Positions 1 through 9,393 of a stretch of 64,000 bases of DNA are shown in pieces. Each line of letters opens with the position of its first letter. Within the stretch, counting starts at the first letter, position 1. The position numbers and the translations under genes were made by a program. The notes beneath the pieces were generated by a model. That model saw only the letters and a list, made by a program, of their open reading frames with translations. It was not told where the DNA came from and searched no databases. Location of the stretch: positions 164,394-228,393 of the forward strand of contig CAMAQH010000002.1 of assembly GCA_945860295.1 (NCBI GenBank). Direction: 5' to 3'. The stretch comes from Prosthecobacter debontii. Lineage in GTDB: Bacteria > Verrucomicrobiota > Verrucomicrobiia > Verrucomicrobiales > Verrucomicrobiaceae.

Positions 1-2
1 AA

Positions 3-644
3 AAGGATCGCAGCAGTGATGGCGGTATTCAGAAGCACATCGAGCAAACCATCAAAGTCATCCAAGCCAACCAATCACTCGCTGAAGCCGAAGGCATCAA
101 AATCTCCATCGAGAACCACGCTGGCGACATGCAGAGCCACGAGCTTGTGGCCCTGATCGAGGCCGCTGGAAAAAGCTACGTCGGTGCCAATATCGACCCC
201 GGCAATGCCGTCTGGGCCATGGAAGAACCGCTCGCTCATCTCGAAGCCCTCGGTCCCTACACCAACTGCTCAAGCGTGCGTAACAGCATGGCCTGGGAAG
301 ACGAAGACGGAGCCGTCATCCAGTGGACCGCCATTGGCGAAGGTCTCGTCGATTTTGCCGCTTACGCCAAACGCTTCACTGAACTCGCTCCCGGCGTCCC
401 GCTGCAAGTCGAGACCATCTCCGGCTTTGCCAAACCCATGACCTGGAAGAAAGACGAGTTCTGGAAACCCTTCCCCGGTTACCGCGACACCGCCGCTTTC
501 AAAGGCTGGGTTGAATTCACCAAGAAAGGCAAGCCCCTCCCCAGTTTCAAAGCCCCCGATGGCCCAGGAAAAAAAGACGCCGAGATCGCCTTCCAAAAAG
601 GCGAACTCAAGCGCAGCACGAACTGGCTTCAGACTCGGGCGTAA
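3..644 (+). CDS. Sugar phosphate isomerase/epimerase (xylose-isomerase-like TIM barrel), 5'-truncated by the window edge
   Basis: Frame is open from position 3 (KDRSSDGG...GIKISIENHAGDMQ...). It has IENH, NIDPGN and LQVETI motifs typical of the family. Confidence 0.75.
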   Translation, partial: KDRSSDGGIQKHIEQTIKVIQANQSLAEAEGIKISIENHAGDMQSHELVALIEAAGKSYVGANIDPGNAVWAMEEPLAHLEALGPYTNCSSVRNSMAWEDEDGAVIQWTAIGEGLVDFAAYAKRFTELAPGVPLQVETISGFAKPMTWKKDEFWKPFPGYRDTAAFKGWVEFTKKGKPLPSFKAPDGPGKKDAEIAFQKGELKRSTNWLQTRA

Positions 645-657
645 GACCTTGCTCGCC

Positions 658-1785
658 ATGTCCCCAGTTCTTGAAACCCTCGCCGATCTCGTCCGCATCA
701 ACAGCGTCAACCCCGCCTATGACGGCGGACCGGGCGAACGCGAGGTCGCCAGCTATGTGCGACGCTTCTTTGAGCAGCGCGGCATCGAAGTCTGGGAGGA
801 AGAATTTTTTCCCAATCGCCCAAATGTGATGGCACGTTTGCCAGGGCTAAATCCAAATCGTCGCCTCGTGCTCGAAGCGCACACGGACACCGTGTCAGTG
901 AAAGGCATGACCATCCCGCCATTCGAACCGGTGATTGCTGATGGCAAGATGTATGGCCGTGGCTCGTGTGACACAAAAGCCGGACTCGCCACCATGATGC
1001 ACGCTCTGGCCTCGCTGAAAGCCGATGGCATCACGCCGCCATGCGAGGTGCTGCTCGCGGCTGTGGTGGATGAGGAGTACTCTTATCGCGGCGTCGTGAA
1101 GCTGTGCGAAAGCCTGCAAGCCGATGCCGCTATCGTGGCAGAGCCTACCGAGATGCGCGCCGTGATCGCCACCAAAGGCGTGCTGCGCTGTCGCATCGTC
1201 GTGCATGGCAAATCCGCTCATAGCTCGAAGCCGCATCTCGGAGTGAATGCGATCACTCACATGGCACGAGTGATCGCCGCGATTGAGGCAGATAATGAAC
1301 GCATGAAGGCCATACAGCATCCTTTGGTAGGCCATGGCACCTGCAATGTCGGCGTGATCACTGGCGGCGTGCAGGTAAACTTTGTCCCCGACCACTGCGC
1401 TATCGAGATCGACCGTCGCCTACTGCCAGGTGAACGCGCGAGCGATGCCGTGGCGCATTACCGGCAGCTTTTGAAAAGTATCGACGGCATCACTGCCGAG
1501 GTCGAAGAGCCTCTCTTACTCGTCGATGAAGCCCTAGACACCCCCGCCGATTCCTCCGTCGTCCAAACAGCGTCACGAGTACTCCACGACATGGGCTTGA
1601 ACCCCGAACCCTGTGGCGTGCCTTTCGGCTGCGATGCCAGCAAACTCTCTCGTGCCGGCATCCCGAGCATCGTCTTCGGCCCCGGCAGCATCGACCGCGC
1701 GCACACGGTGGATGAATACGTCGAGCTGGATCAAGTGGAGCAGTTACTGGAGTTCCAAAGAAGATTCATCCTCAACTTCGCGTAA
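658..1785 (+). CDS. M20 family metallopeptidase (ArgE/DapE-like deacetylase/desuccinylase)
   Basis: Motifs EAHTDTV, GRGSCDTK, VDEEY, HGKSAHSS, GPGSIDRAHTVDEY. Start placed at ATG 658; the longer ORF start overlaps the upstream gene. Confidence 0.9.
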   Translation: MSPVLETLADLVRINSVNPAYDGGPGEREVASYVRRFFEQRGIEVWEEEFFPNRPNVMARLPGLNPNRRLVLEAHTDTVSVKGMTIPPFEPVIADGKMYGRGSCDTKAGLATMMHALASLKADGITPPCEVLLAAVVDEEYSYRGVVKLCESLQADAAIVAEPTEMRAVIATKGVLRCRIVVHGKSAHSSKPHLGVNAITHMARVIAAIEADNERMKAIQHPLVGHGTCNVGVITGGVQVNFVPDHCAIEIDRRLLPGERASDAVAHYRQLLKSIDGITAEVEEPLLLVDEALDTPADSSVVQTASRVLHDMGLNPEPCGVPFGCDASKLSRAGIPSIVFGPGSIDRAHTVDEYVELDQVEQLLEFQRRFILNFA

Positions 1786-1797
1786 CGACTCACAGCC

Positions 1798-2715
1798 ATG
1801 ACCAGCCGCCGCCAATTTCTCTCCACCACCGTCAGTGCCGCGCTCGGCACCCAACTCGCCAGTTGCGCCACGCTTAGCAGCGATTCGTTTATCGACGCGC
1901 ATGTTCATGTGTGGACACCGGACACAGACAAATATCCGCTCGCGTCTGGTTTCACGAGAGCAAACATGAAGCCCGCGAGCTTCACGCCCGAGCAGCTCTT
2001 CGCTCACTGCAAACCTGAAGGCGTGTCACGCATCGTACTCATCCAGATGAGCTACTACAAAACGGACAACCGCTACATGCTCGACATGATGGCCGCGCAT
2101 CCAGGCACCTTTTCTGGCGTAGCAATCATCGACGAAAAAGCTCCCGATGTGCGCGGACGCATGAAGGCCCTCAAGCAGCAAGGCGTGCGTGGTTTCCGCC
2201 TATATCCGCAAGACAAGGACGTGGAAAGCTGGCTGGCATCGCCCGGCATCGAAGAGATGTGGAAAGTGGGCGCTGAGGAAGGTCTGAACATGTGCCTGCT
2301 CATCAATCCCGAAGCGCTCGGTCCCGTGGCCAGGATGTGCGCCAGGAATCCGCAGACGCCGGTGGTGATCGACCACTTCGCGCGTGTCGGCATGGCCGGT
2401 CCTCTCTCGCGTGCTGATCTGGATCAACTGCTGCATCTCTCGAAGTATCCGAAAGTCACACTCAAGGCCTCCGCCTTCTACGCGCTCGGCAAGAAGACAC
2501 CTCCGTATCTCGATCTCGGCCCTATGATCAAAGAATGCCGCGACTCCTTTGGCGCCGAGCGTCTTATGTGGGCAAGCGACTGTCCTTTCCAAGTCGATCC
2601 CGGACACAACTACCACGATTCCATCGCCCTCATCCGAGACCACCTCGATTTCCTCAGCGCCAGCGAGAAGGCCTGGATGCTCCGCAAGACAGCAGAGAAG
2701 GTGTTCTTCAGTTAG
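1798..2715 (+). CDS. Amidohydrolase_2 family protein, probable Tat-exported lipoprotein
   Basis: IDAHVHVW, VIDHFAR and MWASDCP motifs. N-terminus has SRRQFL (Tat) and LASC (lipobox). Confidence 0.85.
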   Translation: MTSRRQFLSTTVSAALGTQLASCATLSSDSFIDAHVHVWTPDTDKYPLASGFTRANMKPASFTPEQLFAHCKPEGVSRIVLIQMSYYKTDNRYMLDMMAAHPGTFSGVAIIDEKAPDVRGRMKALKQQGVRGFRLYPQDKDVESWLASPGIEEMWKVGAEEGLNMCLLINPEALGPVARMCARNPQTPVVIDHFARVGMAGPLSRADLDQLLHLSKYPKVTLKASAFYALGKKTPPYLDLGPMIKECRDSFGAERLMWASDCPFQVDPGHNYHDSIALIRDHLDFLSASEKAWMLRKTAEKVFFS

Positions 2716-2815
2716 TTTGGAGCACCGCTTTTAAGCGGAACGAAGTCTCCTGACACTTTTCTCACACACCCTCCAGAAGCCGCCTAAAGGCGGAACTCCG
2801 AACGGTGTTCCAAAC
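2715..2815. repeat. REP-like inverted doublet between convergent genes
   Basis: GTTTGGAGCACCGCTTTTAAGCGG (2715-2738) and an inverted copy CCGCCTAAAGGCGGAACTCCGAAC (2780-2803), each with an internal hairpin. A partial third copy lies at 2804-2815. Confidence 0.65.
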
Positions 2816-3929
2816 AAGCCAGCGCCCGCCGCACATCCTCACGGGTGTTGTAGCCATGCGCCGCCAGCCTGATGCGCCCGGCGTTGTGCATCACATGCAC
2901 CCCAGCCTTCTCCAAAGCCGCATGGATTTCCGTGCTGCGCTCATGCATGAAGGCCACGATGCCTGTGGCTCGGTCCGCGTGCAGCGGAGCCATCGGTTTA
3001 TAACCCAGCGCCACTAGCCCATCATACACTTCTCTGACCAGCGGATCAGCATAAGCCGAGATCGCGGCCACGCCGACACTATCCACATAACGCAGCGCGG
3101 CATTCAGCGCATAGAGCGCCGCGAAACTCGGCATGCCAACGGAGAAACTCTGCGCTCCCGTCTTCGTTACCGCGCGCTCGAAGCGATCTGCATCAAAAGC
3201 ATTGCTCAGATGATACCAGCCGCCCGCATGTGTGGTGAGACGTTCAGCATTCCGCTTCGGAATACCGATGACGCAACCACCATGTACACCAAGAGTCCAT
3301 TTGTGCGTGCTGCTGATCAAGATGTCTGCCCCTTCGCAGTTTAACACCAAACGCCCAAAAGCCTGCGTGATGTCCACCGAGATGAGCGCGTTTGGTGCAA
3401 GCCGCCGCACCGCATCATGGACCGGTTTCCAGTCAATCCGATGCCCATTGTAAAAGCTCACCAGCGATACCTGCACGAGCTTCGTCTTTTCATTCAGCAG
3501 CGGTTCCAGATCATCCGTGTTCAGTTCACCATCGACAGCTTTCCAAAGTCGTGATGTCGGCGGATTGACGGCGCGCATCCAGGGTGTAGCCCCAGCGGGA
3601 AAGTCGAGATCAGACACCACCACTTCATCCCCTGCCCCGAGATTCAGCGCCGAAGCGAGCAAATTGTAAGCCTCCGAACTGCAGGAGCAAAACGACACTT
3701 CCTCCGTCGTGAGCTCAAGCATCTCCGCACTGATTTCGCGACAGGCTTCAACAGCCGCAAAATGCCCCTCGCGACCACGCATCCCACGCGCCTTGTCCGC
3801 CCAATAACTCTCCAGCGCCTCCTTCACCGCCAGTGGCGGAATGCTTTCCGCAGCCGTGTTCAGGTAGGCGATGCCAGAAAGGGATGGAAAGTCGCGAAGG
3901 CGTGTGGAGTCGGTGAGCATGGGTTCCAA
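2784..3929 (-). CDS. Class V PLP-dependent aminotransferase (cysteine desulfurase/kynureninase-like)
   Basis: YLNTAA, VDITQAFG and the PLP-lysine motif ISSTHKW; C-terminal IRLAAHGYNT. Confidence 0.9.
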   Translation of the reverse strand: MEPMLTDSTRLRDFPSLSGIAYLNTAAESIPPLAVKEALESYWADKARGMRGREGHFAAVEACREISAEMLELTTEEVSFCSCSSEAYNLLASALNLGAGDEVVVSDLDFPAGATPWMRAVNPPTSRLWKAVDGELNTDDLEPLLNEKTKLVQVSLVSFYNGHRIDWKPVHDAVRRLAPNALISVDITQAFGRLVLNCEGADILISSTHKWTLGVHGGCVIGIPKRNAERLTTHAGGWYHLSNAFDADRFERAVTKTGAQSFSVGMPSFAALYALNAALRYVDSVGVAAISAYADPLVREVYDGLVALGYKPMAPLHADRATGIVAFMHERSTEIHAALEKAGVHVMHNAGRIRLAAHGYNTREDVRRALACLEHRSEFRL

Positions 3930-4032
3930 TTAGCGCAGGGTGGCGGCACAATCTTACTTCATTCTCAGAGAAGACTTCAAGAGACTCGCGAACGTCAGAG
4001 CAAACCGATCCTCTGCCACTCCGCTCCTCCAC

Positions 4033-4080
4033 CCTCTGCGACAAAAATAAGCTTCCAGTGCATCCGCTTTGCCGCAGAGG
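4033..4080. repeat. Intergenic inverted repeat (13-bp arms, 1 mismatch)
   Basis: CCTCTGCGACAAA (4033-4045) and TTTGCCGCAGAGG (4068-4080). Confidence 0.5.
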
Positions 4081-4160
4081 GGCCGAGAGGCAATAGGGCG
4101 GAGTTTGCATGAGGCACCTTTTATAAAATCTCAGCGAAGAGCAGCCATCACGGAGCCTTA

Positions 4161-5597
4161 TTAGGCCATCATAAGCGTCTCCCCCGACACCAGGAAATCA
4201 AAATCGTCCCTGCCATCAATCTCAGGTCCGAGATCACCGCAGTAAATGAGTCCGGTGCGGACGGACTGGCCTTTAGGGAGCTTCAGGCGCTTCACTTTCT
4301 CACGCACTTCATCGACGATGCTGACGGCGATGTGTTTGCGGAACTTGATCTCGAAGACGTAGAGACTGCGGCGGGTGCGGATGAGGAGGTCGATCTGGCA
4401 ACCTTGACGGCGGAGGGTCTGCTTTTGCAGATACGGGCCGGCGTTGAGAACGAGTTTTTTGTCGAGGCCGATCAGGGCGAGTAGGAGGTCGAGGTTCGCG
4501 TGGACGAGGTTCTCGAATTGTAGGCCCATGATGGTGTCCCAGGCATCGAGTTTCTCCAGCGCGGTGTTTTTCATGAGGCCCTTGGTGATACGGGCCTTCA
4601 CGGGATCGACGTACTTTAAATAGAAGCGCAGGTAGTTGTCCGAAAGACGGTAGCGTGCATCACGTGGGCGGCTGCGACCGGTTTCGGGATCGAACGGGAT
4701 GTCGCGTGTGATGAAACCTGCTTGCTCCAAATCCATGAGCGAGGCACTGAGGCTGCCGCCGCGTGCGCGGTCGAGCTCGGCGCTGATTTGATCCACGCTG
4801 CGCGCTCCGGCGACGAGCGTGCGCACGATCTCACGATACGTCTCCGCCTTCCGCGTGAAAATGTCGTGGAAGATGCTGTCGAACTCGTTGAAGAGCATCC
4901 CAGCAGGATTGAAGCACAGGTCGGCGATGTTTTGCTCGGCGGTGCGGGCGGGATTGATCTCTTCCAAATAACGCGGCACGCCGCCGGTGACTGAGAGCAG
5001 GCGTAGCTTTTCCGCCACACTAATTCGCGCGCCGCGCTTGCCCCAGAACTGCACGCACTCTGGCAGTGAGAGTTCGCCGAGCCGAAACTGCCACGCGCAG
5101 CGGCCCACGAAGCCGGTGTTGTTGAGGATGTTCTGCTCGATCCACGACGACACGCTGCCGCACAGCACGACAACGAGCCGCTGCCGCTTCGAGAAATGCA
5201 TGTCCCAGGCCGTCTTGAGATGCCCGGCGAAATCGGCATCGCCCACAGCCATCCAGGAAATTTCATCTAGCAGCATTACGACGGTGCCACTGACTGGGAG
5301 CTGGCTGGCGAGGAGCTGAAACGCGGACGGCCAGCCATCGAGTGACAGCTTCGGGGCCTTCGTCTGCTTGGCGAGCTGACCCGCAAAGGCATCGAGCTGC
5401 GCCTGCTTCGTGATGTCCTCACGCGGCGGCAATCCCATGAAGCTGAGGAAATGATCTGCCTCCTCGGCGCATTCAGCGATGAAGCGACTCTTGCCAATAC
5501 GCCGCCGCCCCTGGACCGTGACCAGCGAGGCGATCTTCTTCTGGAGAAGTCGCCGGAATTCTTGCCGCTCTTCGCTGCGTCCGATATAGCCGTCCAT
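4161..5597 (-). CDS. Archaeal-type/AAA P-loop ATPase (ATPase_2/DUF234-like) with C-terminal PD-(D/E)xK nuclease-like motif
   Basis: Walker A GRRRIGKS, Walker B LLDEISW, TGGVPRYL, and C-terminal QIDLLI...VFEIKF. Start placed at MDGYIGR (5597). Confidence 0.8.
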   Translation of the reverse strand: MDGYIGRSEERQEFRRLLQKKIASLVTVQGRRRIGKSRFIAECAEEADHFLSFMGLPPREDITKQAQLDAFAGQLAKQTKAPKLSLDGWPSAFQLLASQLPVSGTVVMLLDEISWMAVGDADFAGHLKTAWDMHFSKRQRLVVVLCGSVSSWIEQNILNNTGFVGRCAWQFRLGELSLPECVQFWGKRGARISVAEKLRLLSVTGGVPRYLEEINPARTAEQNIADLCFNPAGMLFNEFDSIFHDIFTRKAETYREIVRTLVAGARSVDQISAELDRARGGSLSASLMDLEQAGFITRDIPFDPETGRSRPRDARYRLSDNYLRFYLKYVDPVKARITKGLMKNTALEKLDAWDTIMGLQFENLVHANLDLLLALIGLDKKLVLNAGPYLQKQTLRRQGCQIDLLIRTRRSLYVFEIKFRKHIAVSIVDEVREKVKRLKLPKGQSVRTGLIYCGDLGPEIDGRDDFDFLVSGETLMMA

Positions 5598-5605
5598 GAG
5601 GGTGA

Positions 5606-5766
5606 ATGTCGATTTGGTGCCTGAAAATTTACGCCGACTTCTGGCACGAAATCGACATCGTGTCAATTTGGTGCCTGAAATAAGACTATATTTTCAGGCA
5701 CGAAATCAGCATAATGTCATTCTCGTGCCTGAGATATGCGGCGGAATCTAGGCGCGAAATCGACAT
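5606..5766. repeat. Three tandem 53-bp palindromic units (20-bp arm, 13-nt variable core, 20-bp inverted arm), period 54 bp
   Basis: Units at 5606-5658, 5660-5712 and 5714-5766. Left arm ~ATGTCGATTTGGTGCCTGAA, right arm ~TTCWGGCACGAAATCGACAT. Confidence 0.85.
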
Positions 5767-5801
5767 CGCAATATCCACGGCGGCCCGTCGTTACCTCCAG
5801 C

Positions 5802-6656
5802 ATGCGCCTCCTGCTCATCACACTCCTAGCCCTCACCCCTCCGCTCTTTGCTCAAAAAGTCGCTACGCCACCACCGACGAAGCCACCGCTGGAAACCATG
5901 AACATCACGAAGTTACCGGTGGGCACGACGCATCTCGATCTGTTCCTGCTCATGGGGCAGTCGAACATGAAAGGGCGCGGGGTGATGCCTGAGGAGCCGA
6001 AGCGTGATCCGCGCATTGTCATGATGCATCTCAAAGACGATCAGTGGTATCTGGCGCGGCATCCGCTGCACCTCACGGGCGCTGCGAAGACCTTCCAAGG
6101 CCACGACAATGCGGGTGTCGGCCCCGGACTGGCCTTTGCCGAGGTGCTCACGGCGCAGGACAAGACGGCGTTCATCGGTCTGGTGCCCTGCGCGGTGGGT
6201 GGATCGTCCATCAAGCTCTGGCAGAAGGGCGCGAAGTTTTATGAGGAGGCGATTCGACGGGCGAAGCTGGCTATGCAGACAACAGCGCCGGTGAAGGCCC
6301 GCATTCGTGGGATGATCTGGCTGCAAGGCGAGGCGAACGCGAATCCCGTAGAACTGTCGCTGCATGCCGAGCGCCTCCGCGCGATGATCGAGGCGCTGCG
6401 GGCCGATCTTGCGTTGCCGGAGCTGCCCTTCATCGCCTGCACCATCGGTGAGATGAAGCCTGCGCCGCTGCTGACAAACCTCAAGGCGATGAATGAGATC
6501 CAACTCGCATTGCCAAAAAATGTGCCACACACCGCCTGTGTCGATGCGCGTGATCTAAAGACCCACATCGGCGATGCCGTTCACTTTGACACCGCAGCGC
6601 AGAACGAGATTGGGAAGCGCTTGGCGGCGAAACTCATCGACCTGATGAAGCCTTGA
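5802..6656 (+). CDS. Sialate O-acetylesterase (SASA/SGNH carbohydrate esterase), secreted
   Basis: GQSNM, GVGPG, WLQGE and D-x-x-H (DAVHF) motifs. A signal peptide starts at ATG 5802. Confidence 0.85.
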   Translation: MRLLLITLLALTPPLFAQKVATPPPTKPPLETMNITKLPVGTTHLDLFLLMGQSNMKGRGVMPEEPKRDPRIVMMHLKDDQWYLARHPLHLTGAAKTFQGHDNAGVGPGLAFAEVLTAQDKTAFIGLVPCAVGGSSIKLWQKGAKFYEEAIRRAKLAMQTTAPVKARIRGMIWLQGEANANPVELSLHAERLRAMIEALRADLALPELPFIACTIGEMKPAPLLTNLKAMNEIQLALPKNVPHTACVDARDLKTHIGDAVHFDTAAQNEIGKRLAAKLIDLMKP

Positions 6657-6689
6657 TTCATGCTGCCATCTCAAACTCGCCAACAAGCC

Positions 6690-8174
6690 ATGCGCACCAC
6701 ACTTCTCTTTCTCCTTTCGACATTCAGCATCCTGCATTCGTCTTTTTCGGCGCAGCCAAACATCATCCTCATGATGGGCGATGACCACGGCTGGGAGGAG
6801 ACGGGCTATCATGGTCATCCGCATGTGAAGACGCCTGTGTTGGATGAAATGGCGGCGACCGGGCTGCGCATGGACTGCTTTTACGCGGCGCATCCGAGTT
6901 GCTCACCGACGCGCGCGAGTTTTCTCACGGGGCGGCATCCGAACCGCATGGGCACCTTTGCACCGGGCTGGTCGTTTCGGCCGGAGGAGATCACCAGTGC
7001 GCGGATTCTCGCCAAAGCTGGCTACCATTGTGGGCACTTCGGCAAATGGCATGTCGGCGCGGTGAAGAAGGAGTCGCCCGTGAGTCCAGGCGCGATGGGT
7101 TTTCATGAGTGGCTTTCGCACGACAACTTCTTCGAGCTGAATCCATCTCTTTCGCGCAACGGTGGCCCACCTGAGGTCTTCCAGGGCGAAAGCTCGGAGA
7201 TTCTCATTCGCGAGGCCATGCGCTTCATCGACAGCACTAAAAAAGCCGACAAGCCTTTCTTCACCATCGTGTGGTTCGGCTCACCGCATGAGCCCTATAG
7301 TGGCCTTCCCGCTGATCTGGCGCTGTATGACGATCTTCCCGCTAAATACACGAAGCTGGTTAAACTCACATCGAACGAAACCGGTGGCCAGACCAAGCGC
7401 CCGCAAGGCGAAGTCCTGCGCGAGCGCTATGCCGAGATCACCGCCATGGACCGCGCCATCGGCACGTTGAGAAAACATCTCGCAGAGCAAGGTCTGCGCG
7501 ACAACACGCTGCTCTTTTATTGTGGCGACAACGGTACTTCTCCCGATGCCGCGCTCGGCTTCCCCCATCGTGGCGTGAAAGGCCAGGTCTATGAAGGTGG
7601 CACGCTCGTCCCCGGCCTCATCGAATGGCCTGCACGCATTCCGAAGCCGCGCACCACGAACGTCCGTGCCACCACCAGCGATCTACTGCCCACGCTCGCT
7701 GCCATCACCGGCCATCCGCTGCCAAATCGTCCCATCGACGGCATCGATCTCAGCCCATTGCTCGATGGCAAAATGACCGATCGCCCCAAGCCGCTCTACT
7801 TTTGGGAATGCAACATCGGCAAATCCGAAGGCGAGCCCTACATCGCTCCTGCGCTACAACAAGGCACCACACCACTCGCCAAAAAAATGGGTGGCAAAGC
7901 CACGCGCGACTTCACGAACTTCCGCCATCCCACCATTACCAGCACCGACTACCTCGGCCCTCGCGCGATCATCGACGGCTCCTTCAAGCTCGTTATCCAC
8001 GAACAGAAAAATGGCGAACCGAAGCTCGAGCTCTTCGATTTGAAGTCTGATCCTGCTGAGAAAATCAATCTCATCGAGCAACAGCCCGCTACAGCCGAAA
8101 AGCTCAAGTCACAGCTTCGTGAATGGCAGCAATCCGTGCTTACCAGCCTGACTGGCGCTGATTACATCAAGTAA
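6690..8174 (+). CDS. Sulfatase (Cys-type, formylglycine-dependent)
   Basis: [30 protein letters not shown] and EGGTLVP motifs; signal peptide. Confidence 0.92.
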   Translation: MRTTLLFLLSTFSILHSSFSAQPNIILMMGDDHGWEETGYHGHPHVKTPVLDEMAATGLRMDCFYAAHPSCSPTRASFLTGRHPNRMGTFAPGWSFRPEEITSARILAKAGYHCGHFGKWHVGAVKKESPVSPGAMGFHEWLSHDNFFELNPSLSRNGGPPEVFQGESSEILIREAMRFIDSTKKADKPFFTIVWFGSPHEPYSGLPADLALYDDLPAKYTKLVKLTSNETGGQTKRPQGEVLRERYAEITAMDRAIGTLRKHLAEQGLRDNTLLFYCGDNGTSPDAALGFPHRGVKGQVYEGGTLVPGLIEWPARIPKPRTTNVRATTSDLLPTLAAITGHPLPNRPIDGIDLSPLLDGKMTDRPKPLYFWECNIGKSEGEPYIAPALQQGTTPLAKKMGGKATRDFTNFRHPTITSTDYLGPRAIIDGSFKLVIHEQKNGEPKLELFDLKSDPAEKINLIEQQPATAEKLKSQLREWQQSVLTSLTGADYIK

Positions 8175-8182
8175 CCCCTTTC

Positions 8183-9383
8183 ATGAAAAGAATCATCTCC
8201 AGCCTGCTTGTCTTCGGCCTCTGCTCTTCGACCTTCGCAGCGCAGCCGAATGTGCTGCTCATTATTACCGACGATCAGGGCTACGGCGATTTTTCGATCC
8301 ACGGTAACACGCATCTGCAAAGGCCAAACATCGACAAGCTGGGCAACACAGGCGTGCGCTTTGATCGGTTTTATGTGAACTCGTTTTGTGCGCCGACACG
8401 CGCGGCTTTGCTGACGGGGCGCTGGCCTTTGCGGACAGGCTGGCGTGAAGACTTACAATGCAGGTATGAGAGGTGGCAAAGTCAGCGTGCATGAGGGCGG
8501 CACACATGTGCCGCTATTCATGCGCTGGCCTGCGGCAAAGTGGATGCCGCATCTCGTGAAGGAGATCACAGCACACATAGACCTGCTGCCAACGATCATG
8601 GACCTCTGCGATGTTGAGATGAATGACTCGAAGCCGGATGGAGTGAGCTTGAAACCACTGTTGCAGAAGACTGGGAGTTGGCCCGAGCGCACGCAGCGTT
8701 ACCGACTGGTGCGTGAGATCAAAGGTGCTGCGGGTGGCTCTAAGGCAAAAGCAAACGATGCCAGTGCGACGCCGTGGCAGCTCTATGACATGACTGATGA
8801 TCCAGGTGAAGCGAAGGACATCGCCGCCGATCATGAGGACATCGTGAAGCAACTCAGCGCGCAATACGATTCATGGTTCGCCGACATCTCCAGTGCTGGC
8901 TTGCAGCGCTTTCCGCTGCCTATCGGGCACAGTGAGCAGAACCCCGTCGAGCTAAACGCGCCGCAGTCCTATCAAGACAAGCCACTCCGCTTTGCCAGCG
9001 GCCCCGGTTTCGCCAATGATTGGCTGACGAACTGGAACAATGTGAAAGCCAAAGTCTGGTTCGAAATCGATGTCACCACTGCGGGCGAATACGACCTCGA
9101 ACTCACCTACGCCTGTCCTCCCGCAGACGCAGGTTCCAAACTCCGCGTGTCCATCGGTGATCAATCACTCGAAGCCACGATCATCACTGCGCTGGCTCCG
9201 GAAATTCCGCTGCCGCATCGTGATGCCGATGGCAAAACCAAGTATCGCAATCATGAATGGAGCACTTTGAAACTCGGAACTTTGAAGCTCAAGCGCGGCC
9301 CCGCCAAACTCATGCTGGAACCCCTTTCTATGCCCGGAACTCAAGTCATGGACTTGAAGTATCTCAAGCTCACCCTTCGTTAA
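8183..9383 (+). pseudogene. Sulfatase split by an internal deletion/frameshift
   Basis: ORF 8183-8494 has the signal peptide and [14 protein letters not shown] 8445-9383, in another frame, resumes at [12 protein letters not shown]. The central part (GKWH, GDNG region) is missing. Confidence 0.75.
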
Positions 9384-9393
9384 GCTCAATCAC

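Noticed and set aside
511-657. N-terminal extensions from the ORF track (also 5598-5666, 16010-16093, 44111-44347, 50339-50467, 53745-53849, 62123-62245)
   Set aside because: They overlap neighbouring genes, repeats or the tRNA, or precede the family-typical N-terminus, so downstream starts were used.
5606-5766. CRISPR array interpretation of the tandem palindromes
   Set aside because: Variable cores are only 13 nt, there are three units, and no cas genes are in the window.
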